From Camelus dromedarius (lineage: Eukaryota), in contig NC_087457.1 in NCBI RefSeq assembly GCF_036321535.1, positions 31,930,001 through 31,994,000 on the forward strand: DNA of 64,000 bases, given 5' to 3'. A program made the translations under genes and the position numbers. Each line of letters begins with the position of its first letter. Position 1 is the stretch's first letter. Below are positions 39,088-51,700 of the stretch, one piece after another. The notes beneath the pieces are model-generated. The model did not search any database, had not been told where the DNA came from, and was given only the letters and a program-made list of their open reading frames with translations.

Positions 39088-39701
39088 CGCGTATCCTCTG
39101 ACACCTGATGTCTTTTGTCTTCTTGATGATGGCCATTCTAAGGGATGTGGGTTGGCACCTCGCTGTGGGTTTGCGTTGCATTTCCCTGGTGCATAGTGGT
39201 GTTGGGCATCTTTTCTTGAACCTGTTGGCCATTTTGATGCCATTTACGACCATATGGATGGATCGTGAGCGCACTGTGCTAAGTGAGATAAGTCAGACAA
39301 AGACAAGTACTGTATGGAATCTAGTATATGTGGAATCTAAGAAAGTCAAACTTGTTAAAAAGAAAAAAAAACAGAATAAATGATGCTTACCAGGGGACGG
39401 GAGGTAGAGGGATGAAAGTGATGTTTAAGGGAACAAACTTGCAACAGGTAGTAGATAAGCCATAGCGATCTAACGCACAGGGTGCTGAATGCAGACAACA
39501 GCACTGTGCTGTAATCATCGAACTGGCTAAGAGACTGACATGTAATTATCCCGACGGCTAAAGAAAAAGTATAATTGTGTATTATGATGGAGGTGCTAGA
39601 TTGTCACTACAGCAGCAATCATATTATAAAATATAAATGTATCCAATTAACACGTACGTCTTAAATTTACGCAGTTTTATGTCAAATGTAGTCAATAAAA
39701 A
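39088..39701 (+). mobile_element. L1 with 5' inversion (inverted piece ~39088-39236, sense 3' end ~39237-39701)
   Basis: Minus-strand MANRFKKRCPTP...REMQ...RMAIIKKTKD abuts plus-strand PFTTIWMD...LSEISQT..., an L1 3' UTR and aataaaa. Confidence 0.75.
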
Positions 39702-39894
39702 TACACCGTAAGTACTAGAATCAAGAGTGACAATATATTGGTACGCCAAGAAATGACGCGGAGAAGATAACTTCTTATACCCTGTAGAATCGTATCTCCA
39801 TTGACAGACGTGGGTGCCATTTCTGTTTATCTGTTCTGTGAGAATTAGTACTTACAGATACACAGAAATGAGAGTGATGTGAACATCCTTTACT

Positions 39895-40050
39895 GCTGTC
39901 CAGTTATGAGCTTGAGGAATAGATATTCTCTCTAGGTCTCAATTTCTTTGAATATAAATGGGGATAATAAAATCTACCTTATAAGGTGATCTTGAGTCAT
40001 ATAAGAAAAGTATGGGGAAAAGATTCATAAATTGTAAGGTATTCCATACA
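39895..40050 (+). mobile_element. MIR fragment
   Basis: ctcaatttctttgaatataaatggggataataaaatctaccttataagg core. Confidence 0.6.
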
Positions 40051-40106
40051 TGTAGTTACAGTATCTGATTAAGTGAGTAGCTATTAGGTAACCATTCATG
40101 ACTTGA

Positions 40107-40345
40107 TTTTTTTTTAAATTGAATTAGAGTTGATTTACAACATTATGCTAGTTTCCAGTGTACAACATAATGATTCAATATTTTATAGATTATACTCTAT
40201 TTAAAGTTATTATAAAATATTGGCTTATTCCCTATGCTGTGTGATACATCCTTGTAGCTTATTTATTTTATACATAGTCATTGGTACCCCTTAATTCTCT
40301 ACCCCTACCTTGCCCCTCCCCACTTCCCTCTGCCCACTGGCAACC
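40107..40345 (-). mobile_element. L1 3' end
   Basis: T-tract followed by aattgaattagagttgatttacaacattatgctagtttcc...ccctctgcccactggcaacc. Confidence 0.75.
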
Positions 40346-40380
40346 TTTTTAAAGATCACCTTTAAAAATAAGCAAAGAAG

Positions 40381-40500
40381 GGGGAGGGGTAGAGCTCAGT
40401 GGCAGAGCGCGTGCTCAGCATGCACAAGGTCCTGGGGTCAATCCCCAGTGCCCCCATTAACGAAAGAGCAAACAAAAAAAGCAAAGAAACAAAGCAAAGG
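40381..40500 (+). mobile_element. tRNA-derived SINE, Vic-1-like
   Basis: agagctcagtggcagagcgcgtgctcagcatgcacaaggtcctggggtcaatccccag plus an A-rich tail. Confidence 0.8.
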
Positions 40501-40624
40501 GAGAAGGAGATGAGAATGATCTTGACACCCGCTCACTGGGTGACTTGGTTAAGCTGCATAACTTCTCTTGACCTTCCTTGAATATCCGGTCCTGCTTCTG
40601 AGGCCAGAAGAGCGCCGGTCTGGC

Positions 40625-43012
40625 TCACCCCATCCTCCGCCGGCAACACACAAAGTTCAGCTTGCAGCGTCCAACGACCTTCTCCTCCTCAGTGCACATC
40701 TTCCTGCATTTGCCCCGCCCGAGCCTGCACGGCTCGCAAACAGCGAACTCACCTATGGCAGGAAAGAGCTGCTGACCCGCCTTTCCTGGGACTCTCTGGA
40801 AAAGGGGGGAGGGCAAAGGCCGCGAAAGAAGCGAGGGTTTGTGATTACGGTTGTAAAGAGCGTTTTCCAAAAGCAGCCTGGATCTTTCCAGAGAGCTCCA
40901 CTTTTTCCCACCAGGTACGTATCTTCAAAGGCCGTAGTAGACAGGACACCTGGTCCGACTGCGCGCACTTCTGAGCCACACAAATTGATAAACGCATGGA
41001 GGTCAGGATCGCACTGACCTCTTCTTAAACATGAACTCTCCCCACTCAAAAGCTCAATCTCAAGCTTCTCAACTCCTTGTTCATGCCCAGTTTCTAGTTT
41101 TATTATTTTCTCCTAAATTCCAGTCTCCTTCCTCCCTGAGACCTTCTGCGTTAGCATCCGCCTGGCTTTCCCAGCTCGCGCAACAAGTGCCACCTCTCTT
41201 CACACGGATTTGCTAACTGCTGTGCTCTGCTGCCTCCGCCTGGCCCATTTCCTGAGCCCTTTGTTACTGAGGCAGGGGAGCATTTTCAGCCTTAGAATCA
41301 GATAGGATATGGAATGTTCTTGTGTTTCTAATCTGACTGACTCTTTGGAATGCGGGGGGTTATCCCTAGGTGACCATTTGCTGCAGGAGTGGGGCACGCA
41401 TTCCCCCACCCATCATCCTTATAACCCTCCCTGGTGACGTTTGTACGCAGGGCTTATATGCCGCTGGACTCCCTGGCGCTGACCAAGTGGCTGTTTAAGA
41501 CAACACCTGCTCTTTTCCAGGCAGCGTGTGGCCCGACTGTCCAGTGCTCACGCTGCACAGTGTGTTGAAGGTTTTGTGCACCGCTTCTGCTTAAGAGCAT
41601 TGCTGGGCATTGCTACCTGGTTGAGAATCACAGAATTAAAACTTGTGACTCTGGTGTCCTGAGTTGGAAGCCTACCTCACCACTTATTCTTCATGTCCCC
41701 TGGGCAGAATTATTCGACATCGCATCTTGGCTCTGCCTCGTCTTCTGTAAAGTGGTGGTTATACAGTGCCTTCCTCAGAGGGACGTTTTGAAGGTTACAT
41801 GACATAATCCACATGAAGTTGTTAATAGACTGCGTGGTACATAGTAAGCACTCAGTGACTTAGGGGCACCTTATTCTTTCTCACTCTGAAATTCTGTCTA
41901 AACATTAAAAAAAAATTGTTTACAAGTGCCCAGGAGTATTTATTTCAATTCTGTTTATAATACGCTTTCTTCCTGTATAGGGTGAGTCCCCCAGAAAAGG
42001 TCAGCCGGCTGTTCATTATAACAGCTCCTCTGTCGTGACGGTTCGCTGAACCATGCCGACTCCTTTATTTGTGGCATACGTGTGTGACACGCTTTACTGG
42101 ATTTAGGAGCAGAGGCTGGAGAGATGGAGAAGCATGTTCATACAGCAGCGCTACCTGGCTGGTACAAGCCTGGTCCTGTGACCTTGGTTTAGTTAGTACC
42201 ATGAGCTAACGACAGTAGCCACCAGGTTCAAATCTCTGTGGCCAAAAGCACAGTCCAGTAGCAAAGAGGTTTCTCTGTGAAATGGGAAGTCCAAATATGA
42301 TGTTGGGAACAAAAGGGAGAGAGGAAGGTAGGGTTAGCAGACTGGGGTTTCAGCAGTTCTGTTTTCACTACGGTCCCCATCGCTCCCTTGTCTCCAGGAA
42401 CCAGAGCTCCCGGGCAGGGCCAGGGTTCCTAAAGGGGAAATCCTACACAAGGGTTTAACTTACCCGCTGGAAATGGCTGGACGTATTCGAGTCCTGCCTG
42501 GCACCCTAATTTCAAAACAAAGCACATTTGCGATATTAAAACCAATGCAGGAAACAGCACTATGTAAAACAGTGTTCTCAACTTCACACACCTGCCGTCA
42601 AGGGGCAGCTGGCCACAGAGGGCGCATTGTTATTCTGTGTTTGAAAGCTCGAACTCCTGGTATCCAGTAAGAGCAAGTTGTTTTAAAAGGACAGAGAGAA
42701 AGAAAAAGAAGAAAGAAAGAAAAGGAAGGAAGGAAGGGAAGGAAGAAAGAAAGAAAAGGAAGGAAGGGAGGGAGGGAGAGTAGCTTGCTCTTAGAAAATG
42801 CTACTGCAGGTTTAAGAATTCCCGTGAAACGCGCAGTGAGGCGCTGCCTGTTGCCCTCAGTTCTGGAGTTACCCTCAGGTACGTAGAAGAATCGTCAAGC
42901 TTTATGATCGGCCCCATCAAAATCCCATCAGTTCACATTTACCTGGTGGAAACTGAGCCAGAATGAGGAAAAAGGCAAAGACAAAATAAAACATCTTCCT
43001 GCTCGGGGCCAT
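40625..43012 (-). CDS. DEFB105: Beta-defensin 105, 79 aa, three exons: 43012-42943, 42505-42464, 40752-40625
   Basis: MAPSRKMFYFVFAFFLILAQFPP|GCQAGLEYVQPFPA|GEFAVCEPCRLGRGKCRKMCTEEEKVVGRCKLNFVCCRRRMG*; has the characteristic 42-nt middle exon and extra CxxC. Confidence 0.93.
41640..41860 (+). mobile_element. MIR fragment
   Basis: ctcgtcttctgtaaagtggtggttatacagtgccttcctcagaggg...ggtacatagtaagcactca. Confidence 0.6.
42692..42780 (+). repeat. Purine-rich (GAAA/GGAA/GGGA)n tract in DEFB105 intron 1
   Basis: Seen directly. Confidence 0.85.
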
Positions 43013-43199
43013 CTCGGAGGGAGGACTCTTCAGAACAGAGGTTTGGGATTCCTTCAAGAGGACGGGCCGCTCGCTTATTTACATTTGAAGGTAATGGGAA
43101 ATGCTCGTGGTCAGTGAAGTGAACCAATAAAGAAAGCACCTCTATGCTCAGTTTCCCAAGATCAAGGACTGGTGTGACGCGTAATAACCCTTGGCCTCC

Positions 43200-43700
43200 A
43201 AAGAGCCTTGGATTTGGGCGGTTCCGACGGGGAAAGAGGAGGAGCGGCGGGCGGGGAGGGGGAGCCCGGGGCAGCCGCGCGCCAGTGCGGGGGGAGGCGC
43301 AGGCCCGTCCTGCCGGCCCCCAGGCAGGCCGGCTCGCTGTGACGGTGACGCGGAGGTGTTTTGAACGTGAGGCATGCTCAGAAGGAGGTCGTGCCCCGTA
43401 AGAGCCCAGTCACTGTGGACTGCCGCTTTCCTGGCTTCCATACGTACTGTCCCCAAGTGTCCCAAGGAGAAAGGGAGGGTAGCAGTCACTTTGCCAAGGT
43501 CGCTCTGAATCCCTGAGCCTGTAACAGCGCCACCGAGGAGACCAAAGTCACTACTGCCACATCCTTTTCCTTCACGAAGACCACGGGCATTAAAAGCTAT
43601 AATGCATCACCGCGCCCCCAGAGCAGCCCCGTCCCGTCGCCCGTGGCCGGGCAAGGCTCGGCTCTCCGGTTTTGAAACGGAAGACGGGGCCGTGGTCGTA
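43200..43700. promoter_or_regulatory. GC/CpG-rich region upstream of DEFB105
   Basis: gcggcgggcggggagggggg...gccgcgcgcc..., many CpGs. Confidence 0.45.
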
Positions 43701-43776
43701 TGTGGGTAGTACCCTGCGTCGTGAAATGACAGGTGGGATCGTTTTAAAAGGCAGACCCTAAAGTCGGATCGATTTA

Positions 43777-43950
43777 GCAAGTCTGTGACCTTGAACAGAC
43801 GGCTTAATTTTTTGAACCTCAATTTCCTCATCCTTAAAATATGGACGTGATAATGGTACCTACTTCACTGGATATTTGAGATGATGAACTGAAATCACGT
43901 ATGTAAAGTGCTTACCAGAGTGTCTGGCTATTGTTACTAGTACTAATTAA
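43777..43950 (+). mobile_element. MIR fragment
   Basis: gtgaccttgaacag...cctcaatttcctcatccttaaaatatggac...tgtaaagtgctt. Confidence 0.7.
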
Positions 43951-45348
43951 TGTGTTCTCTATCCAGATTTTCTGTAAACTCTTTTTCAAGTCCACTAATT
44001 CATAATGACCTTTCCTGGCCTATAAAACACAGCAGTGCTTTTATTTGTATGTTTACACACACTTAAGCTTCAGGAACACAAACTAATGTGCATGTGTTGG
44101 GGATACAGAGCTGAACCTAAGGCCTTTCAGCTTCGAGACATCTCTAATAACCGTAGCCAGGCCGGCTTTGTGGGCACATGACCAGGGCAGTCACACAGCC
44201 CTTCCTGTCACCTTGGGGTTTAAAGGACTGTAGTCAAAGTGCACTGAAATTCTCAGTCATTTTATCTTTGAGTATGTGCTTTGTAAATGAAGTCTGACCA
44301 CCCTCGGAGGGTTTCTGGCCCCTGACCCGTGGTCCCTAAGCCCCACCTGACCTCCTCCTTTCTGCTCCCTCCCAGCGACCACCATCCACCCTCAGCTTGG
44401 ACCGGGTGTGGACGTACCCAGAGGTGTTTGGGCTTGACTTCCTGATCCCTGAGCATCTCAGGGCACCATGTCGATCAACCCCTGTGGGGGCTACTAGTGC
44501 TGTGGTGAAGGCGGGCTGCTTGGCAGGAGTGAGCCTCTCCCCTGACCCTCGGTTTGGGACGAACTACACGTACCACAGGCATTGCTGTATCTTGGGAGTT
44601 GCTCAGTTGCCGTGGTGGAGATGGCAGGCCCGTGGGAAGGAGAGATACCTGGCTTGACCCTCTCTGGGACAAGGCACACCTACCCAGCAGCGGTTGGCAG
44701 GAGGGGGCCACAAGCATACATGGAGAGTGGCAGGGTGGGGAGCCCCGGGCACTCATGAGGGTCTGCAAGTGTCCCTGAGTATCCCTGTGCCCAAACAGCA
44801 AATAAAAAATACTATACTGGAGAACTGGGAGGACAGGAAAAAGGTTCATATTTTGGTGGCTTTAAAGGCATCTTTTTCCTGCTTTTTGAACATGGAATCA
44901 TGCATTTTCATCCTGCACGAGGCCCAGCAAATTTATGTAGCTGGCCCTGACCTGGAGTGAACTTCCAGTCTCGCAGTCACCTCTAATCATAGGGCTTGTC
45001 CTCATCACGGGGACCACGGGGTCTCCCTGTTGTACCAACCGAACAGAGATGGTGCCCGGGTACCGTTGCTGCGTTGTCTGCTTCTTCAGCACAGATTCCC
45101 CCTAGCTCCGGGCTCAAATTCTTCCGCATTCAATTGCTTTGAATGCAGCACAAATAAGCTTTTTCTAGCAGTTTGCCTCTTGTTATGGACTTTAATCTGT
45201 TTAAAGTTGGAAGGGAAAAGAGAACATATATATACTTTAAATCCATCATTCCTAACTGAATTATTCATAATATATCGCCAGTGTGCATAAAGCTACTAAC
45301 AAAAATATCACAGGGAGAGGCTAAAGTTAGGTAGGATCGCCCCCAATT

Positions 45349-45580
45349 GTTTGTTTTTAATACAATTTTTGGTTTGGAATAATTTTAGATTCACTGTAAA
45401 GTTGCAAAGATACTACAAAGGGTACCCATCTACCCTTCCCCCGGCCCCCCCAGTGCCAGCATCCATGTTAACAGTTACTGATGTTAATAACAGGGGTTCA
45501 CTTGTCAAAACTGAGGAAGAAGCGTTGGTACCCAGCTACTAACTAAACTACAGGATTCAGGTTTGTCTGATGTTTTCTCG
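45349..45580 (-). mobile_element. Old L1 (L1MB/L1MC-type) 3' fragment
   Basis: ggaataattttagattcactgtaaagttgcaaagatac...aactaaactacag. Confidence 0.6.
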
Positions 45581-46329
45581 TGATTAGACCGGGGTTTGGG
45601 GTTCGGGGGAAGAGGCACATAGGGTGGAGGGGCGCCTCATCCCGCTCCTCATGTCAGGGGCACGAGGTGCGAACATGACGACCCCTCCTGGGGTTACGCC
45701 CTTGGTGAGGTGCCTGCCAGGCGTCCCCACTCCTAGGTGACCCTTCTTCCTTTCCCACGTTCTGGTCTGTGGGAGCAAATCACTTTCATTTAAGCTGAGG
45801 CAGCTGAAGCTCTGCCTCCTGCAGGGGGGTGTTGACAAATACTATTTGGAATTCTGCTGCTGAAAATGTCCATTTTCTGGAGTTTATTTATATATTCAAT
45901 CATTGATTGATATCAGTAGGGCATGAGGAGGTAAACTTACCCAGATCTCATATGAAAACCACCTTTTCCATGACGTAGCGAGCATCTGTTGCTTTTGGGG
46001 GGTTATGGTTGTTACGACAAATGCTTCTAAGGTATTGCGACATCAGCAGCAGTCAGAGCAGCAGGGCGATGAGGATGGAAGCTTATCTCCCTAATCTTAC
46101 TTTTCCTAAAGAGAGGCATCCGACTCCCTGTCTCACAGGGGGAGGATTAAGGTGGAGAATTCGGGTCTTTCCACCCGCACACCTGTGGGCCCCGTGAGAG
46201 GGCACGGAAGCATCCTCTCCCGACACGCCTCACCGATCAAGACGCTCCTGGGGGGACAAACGCATAAATGTGGGTGTTTGCGGCTCTCTTCTCGCGGACA
46301 CTGGGCTGCTCTCTCAGGACCTGCACGTC

Positions 46330-48822
46330 ATGAGGACGTTCCTCGTTCTCTTTGCCGTCTGCCTCTTCCTGGCGCCAGGTAAAACGGGCACCTCGGCGGG
46401 CAAGCTTACTGGAGGTGGAGGCCTGGAGCGCGGGGCTGTCTCAGCGAGCCCCCGGGCGCGGCCAGCTCGGGAGCGCAGTGGTGCCCTCGGCCCAGCAGCC
46501 CTGCAGGGGTACATTTGCTCCAGGAGGTGACTTTCCTCTAATGCCTCTGCTGTAAATCCTGAGCACTGTTCGTTATTATCTAGGATGGAGTGTCACAGGT
46601 TGGGAGAAGTCGGGATATGCCAGGAAAGATGCCTTTTGGTCCCCAGTCTCGTGCTCACTAACAAGAACAAAAATTTGAAACAAAAAATTAAAAGCAAGAG
46701 TAGCCAGCTATGGATCTTTTAAAAAAAAAATAGCTGTGATAGAAATTAAGACAGGTAAGGAAGAGGGACAGAGAAAGGGAGAGATGGAAGAGAGAAGGAA
46801 TGGAGCGTGAAGACGCTGGGCACCATGCCAGTCACGGCATGACTTAAAATAGTAAAACTGAAGCTGCCATTCCTTAATCACAGGCTGCAGAGCTGGGTGC
46901 TGAGGCAAAAATGTCACATAATGAAACGCATTTAGTTCTCCAATGACAATGCCGTCTTTCCTACCTCTAATTTAGTGATATTCCGAGCAACTCTTTGGGC
47001 TTGGAAGGCCCATTTTACGTGTATTTCACAGCTGCAGAGATTAAACTTCAGCTGAGCTAAGCACTTCTCTGTCAAACAGACAAGCAAGAGGGAAGCCAGG
47101 ACTTGAGGCTGACTCTGTCCCTCCACAGTGAGAGGAAATGTCCTTCTCAGATCCGAGCTCCCATCTTTCTCTCCTGCTCCTGAGGACCCCCAGTGGCTCC
47201 ATCTGGACCTTCCCCCAAATTATAGTCTAAGACTAGACTCATCCCAGTTTCCAAATAGCTGAAGAGAGAGCTTTCCAGAACTGACAATGAGTCCAGATTT
47301 GTGCAAGACCAGCGTGATGCTCAGAATTTTCACACCAGCTGTGCATGTCTCTGGTCTGGTTTGCAATAACCCTGTGTGAGTAGATTATGCACCAAGTATA
47401 TGGGGGTCCCCCTACAGGGGCCCCTTCCTCCACTGGCTTTGATCAGCACATTGGCAACGGACCAAGGCATCCTTTTCAGATCGCTCATCCTTGTTATACA
47501 GTTAGTTAACACAACACAAGATTATATAATATAAAGTTATCTAATGTAACTAAATGAAGCTGACCTATCGATGGGCCGTCTCTGCACACACAGGCACACA
47601 CAGCTACGTTGTCCTCTAGGTAACGGTGACGGTCGGTGACCGCCCACTGGAAGCCCCTCCGGCTGGGGTGCTCCTTCTCTTTCTGGGCCATCATTGTGGA
47701 CTGGACCTAGTACAAGGACTCTTGCCAGAGTGAGGTCCAGTACCTCCAGCCTGAGCTAGCCTTGCTGCATTAGGAGGGCGGAGAGAACACAGATCCCTGT
47801 GGTGGGAGCCATGGCTCGCTGAGCTTTGGAATATTGGGGTATTTAAACTTACAAACCTATATGCTGATGCTAGGTACGACTTATGCACATGCTGCCACCA
47901 GTCCATCTGTTTTTAGCTTTATGTGTATGTGAATCAGGCATCTTCATATGTTGACACTAGTTGCAATTTGTATATGTCTGACACTTCCATTGCATACACC
48001 TAAATCATGCAGCTCTAAAATGTTGCTTCTGGTACGATGTGCTGTCTGTCTTTAAGTTGAAGCCAGCTACTCAAGTGACGGTACTAAAGGCAGAACCAGC
48101 ATTCTATGCAGAAAGACACAGCGATGTCTTGGAGAGCCGCTCCCCACGTAGTCCCCATTCTGGCTCCTGAAGACATTTGATAGAATCTGGAGGGGAAGTC
48201 AGAGTGAGCCTTTTAAAGCAATCTCTTAACTCGTGTCCTCCCCAGGAAACTTTTTTCTTTACTCGTGTGTATTCTTTTTCACTCCAGTCGTAGGGCGTCA
48301 CCCCAGTCTCAGGTGTCCCCCTGCAGTCACCAGACAGCACCTGAGAGTGTGTCAGGGAAACCACTGACTCTGGAGGTGTTTATAGGGACAAGTCAGTAAT
48401 TATCCCCAAAGAACAATAGCTCCTGTTTCCCAAAGCCCCCACGCAGCCTAAGCCAGAACGCCGGCGGACAGACCTGTCCTTCCCGGCTTCCGTCCCACAT
48501 GACAGAAAGGCAGAGCCACCACGCTGAAAGCACTGCCCACTGCCGTCTCGCCTGCTGGCGGGACAAGTCCCTGCGACGGCTCGTAGAGAAGCCTTCACTG
48601 ACTAGTGACATGACTGTGCCTGGTAACTGGGACGTATTTGAGAAGAGGATTAATCCAGATGGCTCCTTCCCTTGTGTAGCCAGGAATGGATTTTTTGATG
48701 AGAGATGCTACAGGCTTAAAGGGAGATGCGTTCGCTCTTGTCAGAAAAATGAAGAACTTGTTGGTCTCTGCCAGAAGTCTCAGCAGTGCTGTCTGATACT
48801 CCAGCCGTGCTGGAAAAGTTAA
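46330..48822 (+). CDS. DEFB106: Beta-defensin 106, 63 aa. Exons 46330-46378 and 48680-48822
   Basis: MRTFLVLFAVCLFLAP|ARNGFFDERCYRLKGRCVRSCQKNEELVGLCQKSQQCCLILQPCWKS*; GT-AG, phase 1. Confidence 0.93.
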
Positions 48823-48899
48823 GAACTAGAGACCCCAGAGCAACACGGACGACCCAGACCATCTTGTTTTCACTCCAGCCTCCAGTAAGAAGACACGTC

Positions 48900-48910
48900 A
48901 ATAAAATAAA
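48900..48910 (+). terminator. Polyadenylation signals of DEFB106
   Basis: Overlapping AATAAA hexamers ~80 nt after the stop. Confidence 0.7.
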
Positions 48911-49619
48911 TGACTATCTTTTATTCATTTGTCAAGTGCTTCACTTAGAAGGGGAACATGGGTAGCTAACCTTGATGGACCCAGACTCCTGGCTTATTTT
49001 TCTGAAATTTTTTCATAAAGGAATTGCTCCTAAACCTCCTAGTGTTTTTTTAAAAAACGGGAATAGAAATGATTATAACCAACAAACCGCTAGCTTGACT
49101 CAGGAAGTCAACCCCAACCAACCTGCTGAGATAGACAGATGATGGACAGAGAAATGAACGTATATCTAGACAGACAGTTACACTGATGATGTGTGTTGAG
49201 ATCATCTATGTGTTAAGGACCACCACGCATCATGCACCTGTCTATATAAATTAATAATCTCATCTCCCGTGCCTTTAATCGGAGACAGTTAATTAAATAT
49301 TTCCAATGAACTTGTCTCCCAGTTGTTAAGTCAAATTTGCTGAAAGCAGAGGGATCATAAATATCTCTGTAATTGCCAGTAGCTCCAGTGACCAGGATCC
49401 TGGTCCCAAATTGACTTTCTACTATTCTCCTGGGAACTGGCTAACTTCCAAATTACCTTCTCGCTCTACGCACTCATGTTACCTAGTTCAAGTAAGGATT
49501 CCCTGTCATGCTCCCTAGGCCTAAGATCCAGCCTTGGTTCCACGCGGGCTCAGAAATCTTGCCTTACCTCCTTTTTAATTGCTCAAGGTCAATATGCTTA
49601 ATCCTATCGGAATCAGTGA

Positions 49620-51100
49620 ACCTTTTTATGACATTTTTCTGGTTTGAAACAATTGTAGAGTCACATACAATTGTGAAAAATAATACCAGGACATCTTGTA
49701 TACCGTTCACCCAATTTCTCCCAATAGCAACATCTTGTAAAACTGTACTGCAGCGTCACAACTGGGGTACTGACACTGATACAGAATTATTCCCATGGCC
49801 GTAAAGACCCCCGTGTTGCCCTCCTAGGACACACCCTCCTCCCTCCAGCCTCCACCTCTTCCTTAACTCCTGGTACTACTAATTCATTCTCTGTTTTTAC
49901 AATTTTTGTCCTTTTAGGAAAGTCGTATCAATGGATTCACACAGTATGCAACTTTTGGGGGCTGGCTTTCTTGGTTTTTTATTTGTTTGGGGGAGTAATT
50001 AGATTTTTTAACGAGGGACCTGGGGATTGAACCCACCCCCTCATGCATGCTAAGCACGTGCTCTACCACTGGGCTATGCCCCTCCCTGGGGACTGGCTTT
50101 TCGCTCAGCATAATTCCCTAGAGAGTCTTCAGAGCTATTGCATGTGTCAGGAGTCCCCATTTTCATCGCTGAGTCATAGTCCATGGTATGGGTGCACTGT
50201 GGCTGCTTAACTATTCACCCCGCAAAGCATGTCTGAGTGGTTTCCTACTTGGTGCCATTGCAAATAACGCTGTTATACACATTGATGTTTGTAGGGTTTT
50301 GAGCAAACTTAAGTTTTCAATATTCTGAGATAAACTGCTGACTCTTACGGTAGTTGGGAGTGTAGTTTTTATAAGAGAACACTGAACTGTCGTCCAGAGT
50401 GGCTGCCGTTCTACTGTCCCAGCAGCAAGAGGGGTCTAGCTTTTCCACATTCTAGCCAGCCTTGGCCAAAAATAGCTGTCCCCATTTTTTTTTATTTCTT
50501 CTGTTCTGGTAACTGTGTATTGACAGCTCATTGTGATATTAAGTTGCACTTCTCTGAACATTAATAATATTTAACACCGTTCCACGTACTTATTTCTCAT
50601 CTCTGTCTCCCCTTCGGAGAAATATCTGTCATGTAATCATTTTCTAATTGGATCTTTTTGTTTGTTTTTACTGTGAAGTTTCGAGAGTCCTTGACATACT
50701 CTTGGTATTAGTTATCTGTTGCATATATGGTTTTCAGGTTTTTTTCCCAGTTCACAGCTTGTGTTTCCAACCTCGTAATTGCACCTTTTCCAGAGCAAAT
50801 TTGTCAAGTTTCGTGAGGTCTGACATATTTCCTTTTTAGGGATCATGGTTTTTGATCAAGTCTAAGAACGTTTCGTGTTGCCTGAGATACGGAAGATTTT
50901 CTCCTATATTCTTTTCTAAAAGTTTTGTAGTTTCAAATTTACATTTAAATCCATGAACTATTTAGAGTTAATGTCTCTCAAAGCTGTGCAGTGGTCCAGG
51001 GCCTTTCTTCCCCACCCGTGGATGTTCAGTTGCTCTAGCACATTTGTCCAAAAGTCTGTTTTTTCTCCATTAAGTTATTTTTGCGTCTTTCTCAAACATC
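49620..51100 (-). mobile_element. Old L1 (L1MB-type) fragments, interrupted by a SINE
   Basis: T-rich L1 3'-UTR and ORF2-like motifs (aattgtagagtcacatac..., ttaagttgcacttctctgaac..., ctaaaagttttgtagtttc). Confidence 0.65.
49970..50086 (-). mobile_element. tRNA-derived SINE, Vic-1-like, with target-site duplication
   Basis: Reverse strand gggaggggcatagcccagtggtagagcacgtgcttagcatgcatgagg...gggttcaatccccagg. Flanking direct repeats gggggctggcttt (49957-49969) and ggggactggcttt (50088-50100). Confidence 0.85.
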
Positions 51101-51129
51101 AACGTGTAGGATTTTACTCAATTGTTTTG

Positions 51130-51700
51130 AAAACTTAAATCCATAGAAACTCCTGTCCTAAATGTGAGTGGCAGCTTTATTCCTATCACCCCAAACTGGA
51201 AGCAGCCAAGCTATCCACCAACAGATGAGCTGAAAACAAACTGTGGGTCATCCATATAATGAAACACTATTTAGGGATAAAAAGCAATGAGCCATCAAAC
51301 CTCAGAAAGACATGTGTGAATATTCAATGCATATCGCTCCACGAAAGAAGCCAGTCTGAAAAGGTTACAGACTGCATGGCTCCAACTACATGGCATCCTG
51401 GAAAAGGAAGAACTGCGAGGCAGTAAAAGGGTCACGGGTTGCCGGGGTTTCCTGGGGGAAGAACAGGGAGTGGGTTTGGGCAGTGAAACCATCCTGTATG
51501 ATACTAGGCCCTTGTTAAAACTCTTAGGACTCTGCAGCACGAAGATTGAACGTGGGTTCACTATGCCAATGAAAAGAAATAATTTAGGAGAGTCAGGGCT
51601 GCCCCAGGCTGGAATGCAGAGTGTGACAAAACAGTCCAGCTGCATCGTAAGTGTATAAAACAGCTTCACTGAAGGCACTGGGCGGGAGGTGGGGGTGCTG
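51130..51700 (+). mobile_element. Old L1 ORF2-end/3' UTR fragment
   Basis: gcagctttattcctatcaccccaaactggaagcagcc...aaagaagccagtctgaaaaggttacagactgcatg. Confidence 0.65.

Noticed and set aside
48499-48600. HCRLACWRD peptide upstream of DEFB106 exon 2, resembling a defensin fragment
   Set aside because: Only two Cys, no CC motif and no acceptor; intronic chance match.
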